From the NCBI GenBank assembly GCA_051942245.1, contig JAVECL010000007.1:1-64000 (forward strand): a stretch of 64,000 nucleotides of DNA, in the 5' to 3' direction. Source of the stretch: Trypethelium eluteriae. Lineage: Eukaryota. This document shows, in pieces, positions 51,805 through 64,000 of the stretch (the first letter of the stretch is position 1; each line of letters begins with the position of its first letter). The position numbers were made by a program, and so were the translations under genes. The notes beneath the pieces are model-generated. The model searched no databases and was not told where the DNA came from. It saw only the letters and a program-made list of their open reading frames with translations.

Positions 51805-52385
51805 AATTTCTACTTTAATCTTTATGTGGGTGTCGCCTCTCTGCGCAGGTCTGGCCTGTCTATGAAGGTCCTGCCTCTCTACGCAGGTTTCACCTCTCTG
51901 CGCAGACCTCTCACCTTTGTACGGGTCTTGCACCTCTGTCTAAGCCTCACGCCTCTATGTAGGTCAATCTTGCCTCTGTGTAAGCCTCACCTCTCTGTAG
52001 GCCTTTTATCTCTACGCAGGCCTCTTATCTCTACATAGGTCTCTCACCTCTACCTGGGTCTCACACCTTTATGTGGGTCAGTCTAACACCTCTATGTAGG
52101 TAGATCTTATACCTCTATATAGGTACGTCTCGCACCTCTGTGTAAATCTTACTATTTTAAGGTAAGAGACCCATGCAGAGATGTGAGACTAACACAGAGG
52201 TGCAAGACTTACGCAGAGGTGCGAGACCTGCGCAGAGGTGCGAGGCCTATGTAGAGAGGGGAGACCTGCGCAGAGATAAGAGACCTACGTAAAGAAGCGA
52301 GGCCTGTCCAGAGAGGGGAGACCTGCGCAGGGATGAGAGGCCGACCCAGAGAGGTGAGACCTGTACAGAGATTGAAGTAGAGATC
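51805..52385. mobile_element. Foldback/MITE-like element: long inverted arms built from ~20-bp tandem subunits
   Basis: Left arm units resemble CACCTCTCTGCGCAGGTCT and right arm units resemble AGACCTGCGCAGAGAGGTG. Termini ATTTCTACTTTAATCTTTATGT and GTACAGAGATTGAAGTAGAGAT are near reverse complements. No credible coding frame. Confidence 0.7.
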
Positions 52386-52887
52386 TCGGAGAGTAAGCTT
52401 AAAATCTTCAGTCAGTCTCAAATATTCCTAATAAGGCAATGGAAGTGGTAAAAATATGTGAAGTAGTGAAATTGTAACTTCTCTAGTGGAGTTTACAATA
52501 TCTCCTCGAAGAGTCGCGATAGAAGGATGGGTAAAGTTGGAAGCTGTACAGTAATTAGGATATGATTATTGAGGGTTACCTGGATGACTTACTTATAATC
52601 TCAACCGCGACGGTCTCTGCATAAGGCATGTTCTTTTTGGTTGATGAAAACCTTCTAGGTATACACCCGGACTACAATTCCAGCAGTTGTGATGGGGTCT
52701 CGGCTTGTCGTTGAATCGCTCATATTGTGTTCACGAGCTGTCCCGCACTCGACCACGACAGTTTGCGTGCCATATCCCCATCCAAGCAACACCAAGTAAC
52801 CAGGTACAGTTCTGGATTTTGTGCGTAAACTTCCGCTTGTCATTGAAATGCCGTGTTTCATTCATTTATGAGCCATTATCTATCCTA

Positions 52888-53593
52888 TCAACTCCTTAGT
52901 GCTCTTAATCTTTCCCCTAGACCATCTTCCTTTACCTCTTCTAAATTTGCTGCTGATGGTACCCTTTGTGCATCCATCTCCTGACTCATCTCTATGCCAG
53001 CCTCATCCGCAACTTGACTCATTAATCGATCCACGTCCTCCTGTGGGGTTCCTACCGCAGTTGCGCTCGAAGTTGCATTCTCGTAGTATCCTGTCGCCAC
53101 ATCGAGATCCTCAAATTGCGTCTCAAAGCGATCCATGACTGCGCTGATCTTCTCCAGGTCCATCGTTTTCATAGCCGAATCCATGCCCTTTGTTACCCCA
53201 ATCATTGAACTTGTGACTTGTCGCATAGTGACGGCAGTCTGCACTCTTGAAGCGACACTATCAACACGCGAGCCGAGGCGGAGAAGGTTGAGCTTTTGAT
53301 TCTGCTTCGAGATTGCCGACTGAGCATGAATGCGCGCGACGTCTTGGTGGCCTTGGGAGAGTGCCTGAAGCGATAAGCGTGAGCGCCATTTGCTAATAGG
53401 ATAGTTTCAATGAAGCAGTATAAGGTGTCACATACTTTTTTCAGCTTTGCCCTCTCTGCCTGCTCATCTTTGCCAGCCTTCTGGGCCTGCCTATTTAGCT
53501 GCTTGGTCGTGAACTAAATTGTAAGCGCAAGAAGCTCGAGAATTGAGTAGAGCGTACTTTAAGGTTAAACAAGGCTTTCTCCAAGCCCGACAT
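52888..53593 (-). CDS. DID2: ESCRT-III accessory subunit Did2/Vps46/CHMP1
   Basis: [29 protein letters not shown] start; [27 protein letters not shown] and MIM1-type C-terminus [10 protein letters not shown]. Confidence 0.95.
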
Positions 53594-55925
53594 AGCACAG
53601 TAGTGGTTTGAGAGGTTACGGGAGATGGTTGGAGGTAGTTGGTGAAGAGGTACCTTAATGACGCTAGCGAGCACAAGCATAGGTAAGGTAGGTAAGGTAT
53701 TAATAGCGGCAGCCGCTGTCATGCGTCATCTGCAATATTACGTAAGCGCTATCAATATATCGGTTGGGGTTTACTTGTGAACATCTTTGCGGTGGGGATT
53801 CATGCAACGACGCGGCGCAGCGCGCGTTGAGACAATCTTTTCCTTTCTCCTGTACATCATAGGCATTCAAAAGTGTTCTCGTAATGTCAAGCATATGATT
53901 TCACAGTATGTAAACGAGACTACACGGGAGCATTATGTACAGTTATTCACTTTTGCAGGGGGGTTCTCCCGATGAATTCAATAGTAGGACGACATTACCC
54001 AGAAACACCATGCTATGGATCTTGACAAACACTCTTCAGCTATTTCTGCCAAATGACCCCATCGTCCGAACGAAGGAGCCATCTCGCACAAGATCTCGTG
54101 CGATCCTTAAAGCCACTGTGATTGATTGGATGTGTGTCATTTCGGATCTCTGCACCCGCTCGAGGATCTCATTATATTCGTCTTAGGAAAAGAGATTAGA
54201 GGCGGAGGTTTGCAATGTGAATGTGGACTAATTCTAACAAGGTGACGAAATATTACTTCCTGAACCAAGCCATCATTCATGACAAGACCGATACACTCAG
54301 GAATGAGACGGCCTCCTAAAATTGCGGACGCCTTCTGTATCAGCCTCTATCCCATCCGTGACAGCAGCGCTACCCTCTATTGCAATATCTTGTGCTTCTT
54401 CGTTGGCGACTTCTGCTCTGAAAGTCTTAGGTATGCTTTCCGCGGAAGTCTAGTGTATCTTTCCAGCTTGCCGCTATTACATCTAGAAATAGCTAACCAG
54501 TAGATCTAGCGGTGTGTTCTCAGGGTATTCTCCGAATAATGTTGTTGGACAGCCTTTTCAAATGTATGCAACGCGCCAACGGAATTGACAGTGGGCTTTG
54601 CGTGGTCAGGAGGAAGATTTCGAGCGGTCTGATCACATTCCTATGATAAGCTGCTCTCTTCGAGTGTTGTTGATATTGCTGAAGTGTTTCGACAAAGGAA
54701 AACAGGCGGATCGTCCGTTACAGTACAAAATCGCCCTATATTAAAGCGTATAAGCGGCGTATATTGAGTGACATACAATTCAACGGGGAAGAAATGTCAA
54801 GATGGTAAATAGAAGATGGAAGATGAAGAATTGCCTAGGCGCTCGTAACGTGAAAATGAGCTTGTGCCGGAAGTGCAACTTGTAGAATTGCGCCCAAAGA
54901 TTTTGGGAGGGGACCGTCGTCAGGCATGCCGTGCCGAAGGTTTGGAGCTTGCCGAAATTTGTGCAGCCGCACGGGCAGAATTTAATCACCGTCGCAAGTG
55001 CTTTGCCTTCTTCTCCTCTGCCTCATCTGAGTGTAAAAGCTCATCAGACGCTCGTTTCATGTCGGTCAGTACTCTCCTTCAATTCCATTCGCATACATGA
55101 TGAGCATTGTGTCGCCCCTATCTAACCCAAATTCATGGTGATCGACTTATCCAAGCCAAACGGACTAATCTGAAATTGCATCCATTCTTGATCTTCTCCA
55201 CTGCAAGAAAGGATAGACCAAGCTAATCGATCCAATAGTTCACCGCATACATTCTCTGACGAAGACCACTCGAGCCATCGCTATCGCTTGGAAAGGGATA
55301 TGTACTTACCCGGGGAGGATAAGGTAGAGGAGGTCTAACTCTTCCTCAAGGTCCTTTTCAGCACCCTTAACTTCAAGATCTTCTCAGCGCGTGGTGAAGC
55401 ACGTGTGGCGTAGACGTTACCTATAGATTCGGAGATTTGGTCATCCGTATTTTCAAGGGTTTGTGCTACTGTTCTATTGCTTACCAAGCCTTGTTTTACA
55501 ATGATGATTCAAACAATGTACTATCAAATTCGGATGTCTCATGACGAATCACTTGGTTCGATTACCTGAATGTCGCCTCTACTAAAGCTGGCCTGTCCAT
55601 TTTGATACAGAATCGAGCTAATATTTCGTACAGAGCTGCTTATTTGCCGTGATCCAACTGAGTGATGGCTTGGTAAGTGCTGGCTTTACATTCACAATTT
55701 AAACATTCATGATGACTCAAAACATTCCATGCTACTACTGAAGGAGGTCTTCTCCTAGTGCTGCTAAACATGTATGCTTTTCATCTTTCGACTGATCATC
55801 TCCAAACTGCTCGAACAACATTGAGAGATCAATAGTTTCTTGAAGCTGACAAATGCGAGTATAGTCCAAGTACCCCCGATTCGGAAAGTTCGATGTCGTA
55901 GCTGCAGCTGCTTCGCCATGCTTAT

Positions 55926-56863
55926 TTAGGGATCCTGGAAAGCTTTCAATTCAGGTGCCTGCCAGCTATGCTGTGTTAGATTTCCGTCGCTGCAAAGATG
56001 AGAATTTGCACATACTCGATGAACTTTCCGCTTAAATCGCTCGTCGCATTCAAAACTAGCCGTCCCATCACCCTCCCAGGCTGTTCCGGCTGTAGCAAAC
56101 CCCCGCTCTCGTATAGGTCGACGAATTTCTTGGCATCTGCCTCATCCATTCTTTGACGGTGGGTTTCTCTGATGCTCGTCTGCATCATTGTGTTCACGAT
56201 GCCTGGTCGTACAGATATCGTGCAAACTTCAGGCTCTTCCACTGCAAGTGTCTGGACTAAATGATTGAGAACAGCTTTGGAGGCGCCATAAGCACCCCAT
56301 GTCGAGTAGGCTTTGGTAGCCGCTCCAGAACTGCAGATTATTATGCGACCGCGCGAGTGCTTAACGAATGGGAGGCAAGCTTTAATCTGCATCCTGTCAA
56401 CCTATGATCCTCTTCCATTTGGTGCGGCTTTCTCACCAATGCGAGAGAACCAAAAAAGTTAATGTCGAATGCTTCTTTCCATTCTGCGACAAACGATTCA
56501 CTAATTCTTTTGACCGGGTCTAGCACGCCATGATTCACAACAAGTCCATCAATACGCCCCCACCTGCTCATCGTCTCATCAGCGATTTGGCCGCAGAACT
56601 TCATATCAGCGACATCACCCCTCTGTGTGATCAGTCGTCCGGTTTGATGGTGATCTCGTTCGAGGTCCTGTAGCGGCTTCTCACTCCTTGCGACTGCCAC
56701 GACATGGCACTGTGCCTCTGAGAGAAGATATTGCGTAATTGCTAGCCCAATACCTGCGTCTTTATTAGTATCCAGACTAGTCTCAAACCAGCCAATTGAA
56801 TCAGTTCTCACCTCTTGAAGCACCTGTTACTATGATGACCTTCTCTGTCGTGTCGTTATCCAT
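55926..56863 (-). CDS. Short-chain dehydrogenase/reductase
   Basis: IVTGASR/GIG, VVNHGVLDP, SSGAA and YGASK catalytic motif, VRPGIVNT; 3 introns. Confidence 0.92.
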
Positions 56864-57104
56864 ATCTGGTCAGTATTCATTCACAGGATGTTGAATATGA
56901 AGGAATTTTTTTTTTTTCATTTTCACCGACTTTGGCAAAATCAAATGTCGAACAACAGGGGTAGACGTCATGCATCGGTAGTGGGGCACCTCGGGGCAGA
57001 CTTCTATGTATTCCGTACCTTACTATTCGAATCAAAAGTGAACTGCTAACAACCCTCTTTATCTATCATGGTCTTTCGACGCTAGATTTTCTAGAGTGGC
57101 TACC

Positions 57105-58349
57105 ATGTCGAGTACCGTCATTATTGGAGCGGGCATCATTGGGACCGCATCAGCTTATTATCTCTCCCAATCTTCTCACACCAGAGCCGAAGATATCCAT
57201 CTAGTCGAAGTGACTCCTGAGCTCTTCTGTTCTGCTTCTGGGAATGCCGGCGGCTTTTTGGCCAAGGATTGGTTCTCTCCAGCAGTTGCCCCTCTCGGGG
57301 CACTATCTTTCAAGCTTCACAAAGAGCTTGCTGATGCTAATAAAGGCAAAGAAAAATGGGGCTATTGTACCAGCACAGGCACGTCGCTCACTCAAGGGTC
57401 ACCTCGAGGAGCAACCGGGTTCGATTGGCTACGACATGATGCGAGCCGTGCCGAAGCCGCTAAAGGGAAGCACGAATATTACGAAGGGCAGGGACCAGCA
57501 TGGCTCGTTCGTACTGAAGGTTCAAATCTCGACATCATTAGCGAAGGTAACTCTGTAGCCCAAGTCGATCCTCGTCGACTCTCCCAATTTCTTCTTGGAC
57601 AATGTAAAGCACGAGGCGTGCAGTTTCACCATCCCGCTCGGCCAGTCTCTGTATCAAAAGATTTGCGTGATCACCTGGCAAGCGTACGCATCCAATCCGC
57701 TACTGATGAATCCGAAACTGATATTCCCTGCACTCGGCTGCTCATCACTGGAGGCGCCTGGTCTCCCGACATCTTCCGCACGCTCTTCCCGGAATCAAGC
57801 TTTACTCCTCCTATCAATTCCCTCGCCGGCCACCATCTCCTTGTCAGAAGTCCCCGCTGGTCCGTCCCAAATGAAACATTGGGTTGCCACTCCGTCTTCA
57901 CAACCGACGACTCCGGATTCTCTCCCGAACTCTTCTCCCGCATCGGGAGTGAAATATACGTTGCAGGCCTCAATGATTCTTCTCTCCGCATCCCTACCAC
58001 ACCTGCGGGGGCGGAAGCCTTGGTTGATGAGGGCAGTGTTGAAAGGTTACGGAAAGTTGCGACTCGTATGATGGTGCGAGAAGGATGCCCTGACGACCTT
58101 GAGGTCATCCGCACGGGGCTCTGTTTCCGTCCGGTAACGGCGAGTGGACGGTCTATCCTTGATCGTATCGCCGACAAGAAACTGAGCGGCGGATTCAAGA
58201 CGCTCGGAGGTGGCGAGGGGGGAGTGTGGATAGCAGCCGGTCATGGTCCTTGGGGAATTAGCCTGGCGTTAGGCACTGGAAAAGTGATGGCGGAGATGAT
58301 GGAGGGGCAGCCAACGTCAGCTGATGTATCGGGATTAGGGATGAAGTGA
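57105..58349 (+). CDS. FAD-dependent oxidoreductase (DAO family, Tda3-like)
   Basis: IIGAGIIGTASAYYL, ASGNAGGFLAKDW, AQVDP, CFRPVT and AAGHGPWGISLALGTG motifs; intronless. Confidence 0.9.
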   Translation: MSSTVIIGAGIIGTASAYYLSQSSHTRAEDIHLVEVTPELFCSASGNAGGFLAKDWFSPAVAPLGALSFKLHKELADANKGKEKWGYCTSTGTSLTQGSPRGATGFDWLRHDASRAEAAKGKHEYYEGQGPAWLVRTEGSNLDIISEGNSVAQVDPRRLSQFLLGQCKARGVQFHHPARPVSVSKDLRDHLASVRIQSATDESETDIPCTRLLITGGAWSPDIFRTLFPESSFTPPINSLAGHHLLVRSPRWSVPNETLGCHSVFTTDDSGFSPELFSRIGSEIYVAGLNDSSLRIPTTPAGAEALVDEGSVERLRKVATRMMVREGCPDDLEVIRTGLCFRPVTASGRSILDRIADKKLSGGFKTLGGGEGGVWIAAGHGPWGISLALGTGKVMAEMMEGQPTSADVSGLGMK

Positions 58350-59025
58350 CGATTTAGGTCAATGTCAATGTGTTAATGGCAAAAACAGTACTTCATATTT
58401 GAGATGGATCAGGAACTAGTGAAATGAAGATTGTTCGAGCGGGAAGTTATCCTTGGAATAAACCAGTCAGGATGGACCAACGTGCCGCTCGCTTCTCCCA
58501 TTTAGCTATAAGAAAAAAGCATCTAAACGAGAAATGCTTGGGAAGAAATGCTTGAGAAGAAGGGGTTACAACATACTAAGGCGGTAACTCACGACTTTTA
58601 ATCAACTAGGAATCTCCAACTCTCAATCATGGGCCGTTATCTGAGAGCCAATCAGAGGAATCTCCATGATGGCCCTTGTAGCTCATTGGAATATTGGGAA
58701 CCAGTGCACTTCGCAGAGGTCAAGGTATTGTAGGGTTGGCCTCTTGACAAATGACAGGGCAAACACGCTCCCTTCAAGTAAAGAGTACACGAGGGTGTCT
58801 CTCCGGCCCCCAAGCCGGTAGCAGTCAGCCTCTTTGTGAAGGCCAGTGAATAATATAGCGTGTGGCGGTCAGATTTCACATGGAATGAGCTATAGATCTT
58901 ATAGTCATGAAGCTCTTCGCCTAAGGTACTGGAGGCTTTTTCGCTCCAGCCCATGCATCCTTACTCGCCGACTGGTATTCTACCTTTTTCGGGACTTGAT
59001 CTGAGGGTATGGCACTCTAAGGCGT

Positions 59026-59726
59026 TTACCGTTGTAACATACTCTTCGCTTTCCTTTTCATCCTCTTGCGCTCCCGCTTTTCAGCCCTCTGCGAAAGAAC
59101 CTGGTCGAGATAATTCTTCACCGGCTTCTTCAATTCTCGTTGCGAAGCATCATTCCTCTTGGGATCCCCAGCACTCTCGTCGCTGCTGCCATATTCCTCC
59201 TCAATGTGAGTCGACTTCATCATTGAGATCGGTGCTTCTCGCTCCAAGGAGGTGATCTTGTGGTTGTGCTCCTGTTCCGTGTCCAACCTGGCGGGTATCT
59301 TGTATTTCTTCGCCCTGATGGCCGGTGCTCGTCCGCCTTCTTTGTCCTCATTGTCGTCCTCGTCCCGCGATCGCCTCGAACCTGTGGGTGCACCATTCAG
59401 CGCGGACTTTTCGTGCTTCAGCTTGCGCCTCCCAAGCAACTGCTTGCGTAGTTGTTCATCCCTTGAACGCGGCTTTTGCTCCAGGCTATCCTCCTCAAAT
59501 TCTTTTGGTATAGCAGCCCCGACACCTAGCCTAATGATGGTTAGCACCAACTGAGCGAAGGATTTTCATAGATTTGGACTTCCAAGTCGGGTGTTGGAGT
59601 AAATGGCTGCTGGGGGCTGGCAGTATCGGCTGTTGAGGATGGTAGCCACGATCGTAGAACGTTCAAGGATCGGGTGCGAGTGAGGTTCGTGCGATTCAAA
59701 ATGGCATCACCTTCCTTCGAAGACAT
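59026..59726 (-). CDS. Conserved fungal basic protein (DUF3245-like)
   Basis: Exon 1 MSSKEGDAILNRTNL...VLRSWLP; exon 2 LGVGAAIP...LRKQLLG...YLDQVLSQRAEKRERKR. Confidence 0.7.
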
Positions 59727-59928
59727 TGGTGCCGTTCTCAAAATAACGATAACGACTACGACGTAACACCTTCAGCCAAAATGTGAGCGCGGCATCAGTG
59801 CGAGAGAGGGGCTTTGGTGGCTAGAGATTTCCGCTCCGCTCCGTCCTCCGACAGCTACCACCCAGCTTCGCCGAGCTTTCTTTTCTAGTAAACAGCACCT
59901 GGCCTCACTTCCAGGGGCATACTCCGAC

Positions 59929-61449
59929 ATGTACAGGCTTGCGTGTAGCCGGCCGCTGGCTGCTGCAATTAAAACTGGTCTCAAAGTAAGATTGCCACAT
60001 TTCTTTATCTAAACACTACTATTGCCGGCTTCCATAGAAGCTCTTTGGACTAACGAGTTACCTGTGAACAGGAGACTCCGACCCGAACTACGCTTTCGCA
60101 ACAACGTCGCAATCTCTCAATTCACGAATACCGCTCGGCTTCTCTTCTTGAATCCTACAACATAGGTGTTCCCAAAGGAAATGTGGCTCATTCTCCCGCC
60201 GAAGCAGAAGAAGTTGCCAAGCAGATTGGCGGCGATGATATGGTTATCAAGGCCCAAGTTCTTGCCGGAGGGCGAGGAAAAGGGACCTTTGACAATGGGT
60301 TCAAGGGCGGCGTCAGAGTCATTTATTCACCAACCGAAGCCAAGATTCTTGCCGAGCAGATGATCGGACACAAACTCATCACCAAGCAAACCGGAGAGAA
60401 GGGACGTGTCTGCAACTCCGTCTACATTGTTGAGCGCAAATTCGCTCGTCGCGAGTTCTATCTAGCTGTGCTCATGGACCGCGCAAGTCAAGGTCCTGTC
60501 ATTGTCGCCAGCAGTGCTGGAGGTATGGATATCGAGACTGTAGCAAAAGAGAATCCGTCTGCGATCATTACCACGAAAATCGATATACACAAAGGAGTCA
60601 CTGATGATATCGCGCGCAACATTGCTCAGAAACTCGGCTTTAGCGAACAATGTATCGAGGATGCTAAGGACACTATTCAAAAACTATACAAGGTCTTCAT
60701 GGAGCGCGACGCGACCCAGATTGAAATTAACCCTCTATCCGAAACCAGCGACCACAAGGTTCTATGTATGGACGCCAAACTCAACTTTGATGATAATGCG
60801 GAATTTCGGCAGCAAGAAATCTTTAGCTGGCGCGACAAATCGCAAGAGGATGCCGACGAAGTTAAAGCGGCAGAACATGGCCTCAACTTCATTAAACTCA
60901 CCGGAGATATTGGCTGTTTGGTCAATGGTGCCGGTCTCGCTATGGCCACCATGGATATCATCAAACTCAACGGCGGTTTTCCCGCCAATTTCCTCGACTT
61001 GGGAGGAGGTGCAACTCCTGAAGCCATCAAAAAGGCCTTTGACTTGATCACAAGTGATCCGAAGGTCACGGCCATTTTTGTCAATATTTTCGGGGGTATT
61101 GTACGCTGTGACGCCATTGCGCATGGTTTAATCCAGGTAGTCGAGAGTATGAACTTAAGAACTCCTGTTATCGCGCGGTTGCAAGGCACAAACGTTCAAG
61201 AGGCGCATAGGCTCGTGAGTGAACTCCGCTCATCTGATCAAGTCATGGTGACTAATGAGATAATCAGATCAATGACTCGGGACTGAAAATATTCCTTGTC
61301 GACAACTTACAAAGTGCGGCTGAGAAGTCTGTCCAGTTCTCAAGGGTCGTGAAGATGGGTAAGTTCTCCCACCAGCCAGTCTGAGTATTTCTAATGAGCC
61401 TCAAGCACGCGAAGCCGATCTTGGTGTGACATTCTCTCTTGGTATTTAA
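59929..61449 (+). CDS. LSC2: Succinyl-CoA ligase beta subunit, mitochondrial
   Basis: RNLSIHEY, IKAQVLAGGRGKG, EINPL, DAKLNFDDNAEFRQ, IGCLVNGAGLAMATMD, NIFGGIVRCD and RLQGTN motifs; 3 introns. Confidence 0.96.
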
Positions 61450-62383
61450 GCAGCCTCACCTCTATTGTAGCGCATAGTTTCGTCAATAAATCCATTTGAA
61501 CGGTCAAACTTATAATACGAAATAGAAAGAATGGCTTGGGTGCAGACGTTCAGCATAGTAACGCCTCCTAACAGGTACTAATGCCTCAGTGTTTTCGGTG
61601 CCTTAACCCTCTTGGCCTCCATGCCAGCAACAAGCTAGTCCGACAATCTTACTCGAACTTATGCGACTGTGAATCATTGGGCTCCCCATGCACAAGATTC
61701 TGCGAGGTTAAGAATTAAATGTATCTTGCGAATTGAGACATTTCTCTCCATACTTAGATTTCTAAATATTCGCCAGTCTCCCGGATCGCCCAGGCTTGAA
61801 GTGGATTCTGTCTGAACAACCTTGACAAGACGCATGGCAATTATGGGTCGTAACTCTATTTCGTTATAGGTCCACGTCAAAGTAACCCCCGGGGGCAGTG
61901 CTTGTGTAGGGACAGGCTCCAACCCTCGGGCAACCGCAGTTCGTACCGTAAAAGAATGCTGGAAATCCAGATGTCGCGATTGAATTCGTCTGTCCTACTT
62001 GTAACTCTTTGCTTTTGATTGAAGGTGCTTGAACTGTAACCTCAAACTACATCAAGGCTGAAAACATTGGGACTACCTTATGATGTTCAGATCTTTTACA
62101 GGCGAGCTCCCATGTAAAATTGCTGATGCACGATCTCGTACGGTAAAGCGTAGGAGCGCGCGGAGCGGAGCAAAGCAACACGGCACGGCTTCAAGCGTCA
62201 CTCAGTTAGGTTTTGCCGCTCACCGCCCTATCGTACTGCGCAGTCATGCAGAAACCAACGCGGTGAATTTTGGAAGCTTCAAGCGCCTACAAATATCTCC
62301 ATGATCCTCCCTTGATCTCGCATGCAAGATGACCCGACGTTCCGATACCTCTTCCCAGCTTGACCAAGTTAGAAGCATCAATC

Positions 62384-63070
62384 ATGTCTGACAGAGAGTT
62401 CGGAGGTACGTGTGCCTGCTGTTGTCCCTTGACGCGCATAACCAACGGAATCTTCATATTCGCAAAGGCACATTCTGGACTATTTGTTTTGCATACTCTC
62501 TGCTTTCCGAAGATAACGTTGCCAAGAATATAGCTCAACCTCTTTGACCGTGCTGCCAACCTTTCATCAGTTAACTCTGCGTTCTGTTATGCAGGCACGG
62601 ACGATCTTTCCCTCCCCAAAGCTACCGTCTCTAAAATCATTACCGAGATCCTCGCCACCGATACTCATGGCGGCATCGCCTTCGCCCGAGATACACGTGA
62701 TCTGCTCATCGAATGCTGTGTCGAGTTCATCACCATGATCAGTAGCGAAGCCAACGAAATCGCCGAGAAGGAAGCCAAGAAGACCATCGCATGTGAGCAT
62801 GTGCAGCAGGCGCTTGAACAACTTGGGTTTGGCGATTATGTGAAGGACATCCTGGAAGTGGCAAGCGACCATAAGAAGATGCAGGTGGTGAGTCACTTTC
62901 CTATGCGGAACAGCATCGGAACCAAGATTAATGGATATCTGCAGCACCGAGAGAAGAAGCAGAGTAAGATGGAACAAAGTGGGCTCTCGGAAGCGGAGTT
63001 ACTGCGGCAGCAGGAAGAACTGTTCAGGAGCGCGACTGATAAGTTCAATCAAGGTCCACAAGAGGACTAA
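62384..63070 (+). CDS. NCB2: Negative cofactor 2 beta subunit (histone fold, Dr1)
   Basis: MSDREFG/GTDDLSLPKATVSKII, RDLLIECCVEFITMISSEANEIAEKEAKKTIACEH and EAELLRQQEELF; 2 introns. Confidence 0.94.
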
Positions 63071-63319
63071 TCAAATAATCAAGATGGGTTACGGGTTAGC
63101 ATGGAACATCTCTGCGTTTGGCTGGCGTTAATTGCGGTGGCCATAGTGTCTTTACACGTGCAATAACATTCTCATAACTTTGATGCAAAGCCATACTCCA
63201 CGGACAACGCTATCACCTCCTTTCTCGTTTACATGTGCTTGTAGAGAGACAAGGCTTCAACATCAATAGTGTAAGCAATATTTTCTTTTCGACTTTCTCA
63301 AATACCTGCTACACTCATT

Positions 63320-64000
63320 CTAGATGTCTTCATCACCTTTGGCGATAGGATTCAATGCTAATCCGCCTCTCCCTGCCTTCAAATCGATTGTTGCCTCTCT
63401 CCTGGCCTTCGATAACGACCGCCATAGTCTCGAGCCGCTGGGTGACCTTTCGACTACTTTGGGAATTGCCGGAACCGGTGAGCTGATCGGTCGAGATTGT
63501 GTCCCGGTACCTACTGGGACCGATGTGAGTGAATTGTGTTGAACCATCTCTTGTAATGCCAGCATCCCAATATCAGATTCCTCGCGACTGGATCGTGACT
63601 CGAGAAATCTACTTCTTCTTTCTGGGGTGGAGTGTGCGGGTCTTCCAGCCGCTTCAGCCGCTTCTGGGACCTCTAATTCTTCCGGAATTTGTTCATTTTG
63701 TGCAAAGCTTTCTACTCTAGGTGTGTCTTTCGGCAAAGGCGGAGGTGGTGTGGACATATCAAATGGATTGGTTTCTTCAACGGCAGGAGTCGGTAATAGC
63801 GGCTTTGCTACGCTGTGCGGATGAAGTTGCAACACACGATCACCATCGAGGAACCCCTTTTCCAAGTCGTTTCTGGGTACGGGAAAGGACGTGTCCGGTC
63901 TAGGACCGGCACAGCTCAGTCTCCCACTACCGACAGCAAGAGAGTCGTCTTCATTGTCTTCACTCTGACGCTGGCGATCCCCGTATCGAAGCAGATCAAG
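63320..64000 (-). CDS. C-terminal part of a hypothetical low-complexity (P/S/E-rich) protein entering from the right edge
   Basis: Open frame of at least 181 aa ending at 63320, convergent with NCB2; no recognisable motif. Confidence 0.55.
   Translation of the reverse strand, partial: LDLLRYGDRQRQSEDNEDDSLAVGSGRLSCAGPRPDTSFPVPRNDLEKGFLDGDRVLQLHPHSVAKPLLPTPAVEETNPFDMSTPPPPLPKDTPRVESFAQNEQIPEELEVPEAAEAAGRPAHSTPERRSRFLESRSSREESDIGMLALQEMVQHNSLTSVPVGTGTQSRPISSPVPAIPKVVERSPSGSRLWRSLSKARREATIDLKAGRGGLALNPIAKGDEDI

Noticed and set aside
51826..52421. Repeat array as CRISPR-like or protein-coding
   Set aside because: Eukaryotic context, degenerate units with no unique spacers; the ORFs are repeat translations.
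55300..55460. TACTTACC resembling the U1 snRNA 5' end
   Set aside because: Lacks the U1 loop II ATTGCAC motif and a clear Sm site.

Overview
Intron-rich, gene-dense DNA from a filamentous ascomycete (Pezizomycotina; GT-AG introns with CTAAC/CTGAC branch sites). About 25 protein-coding loci were assembled by eye from the ORF track plus splice signals, so exon boundaries are manual predictions. The left ~9 kb looks like a nonself-recognition island. It holds an NLR-like NACHT-ankyrin gene running off the left edge, next to a HeLo-like/ankyrin gene broken by one in-frame TAG. The broken gene sits between two diverged ~230-bp direct repeats that differ mostly by transitions (RIP-like). The middle holds housekeeping genes (chorismate synthase, Zn-alcohol dehydrogenase, NDUFAF7/MidA, Rds1-like, Tof1/Timeless, 3-hydroxybutyryl-CoA dehydrogenase) and a reduced GlcNAc-catabolism cluster: dac1, GH3-GNAT ngs1/nag3 and the Ndt80-type regulator ron1/xprG, with no deaminase, kinase or transporter in the window. 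The right half has an orphan secreted Kex2-type proprotein, a TTL-family ligase, a Ca2+/H+ exchanger, a transaldolase-like protein lacking its catalytic Lys, a foldback-like repeat element, DID2, an SDR, a TDA3-like oxidoreductase, a DUF3245-like gene, LSC2 and NCB2. No rRNA, tRNA or CRISPR features were recognised. Family calls come from motif recognition only; no searches were run.
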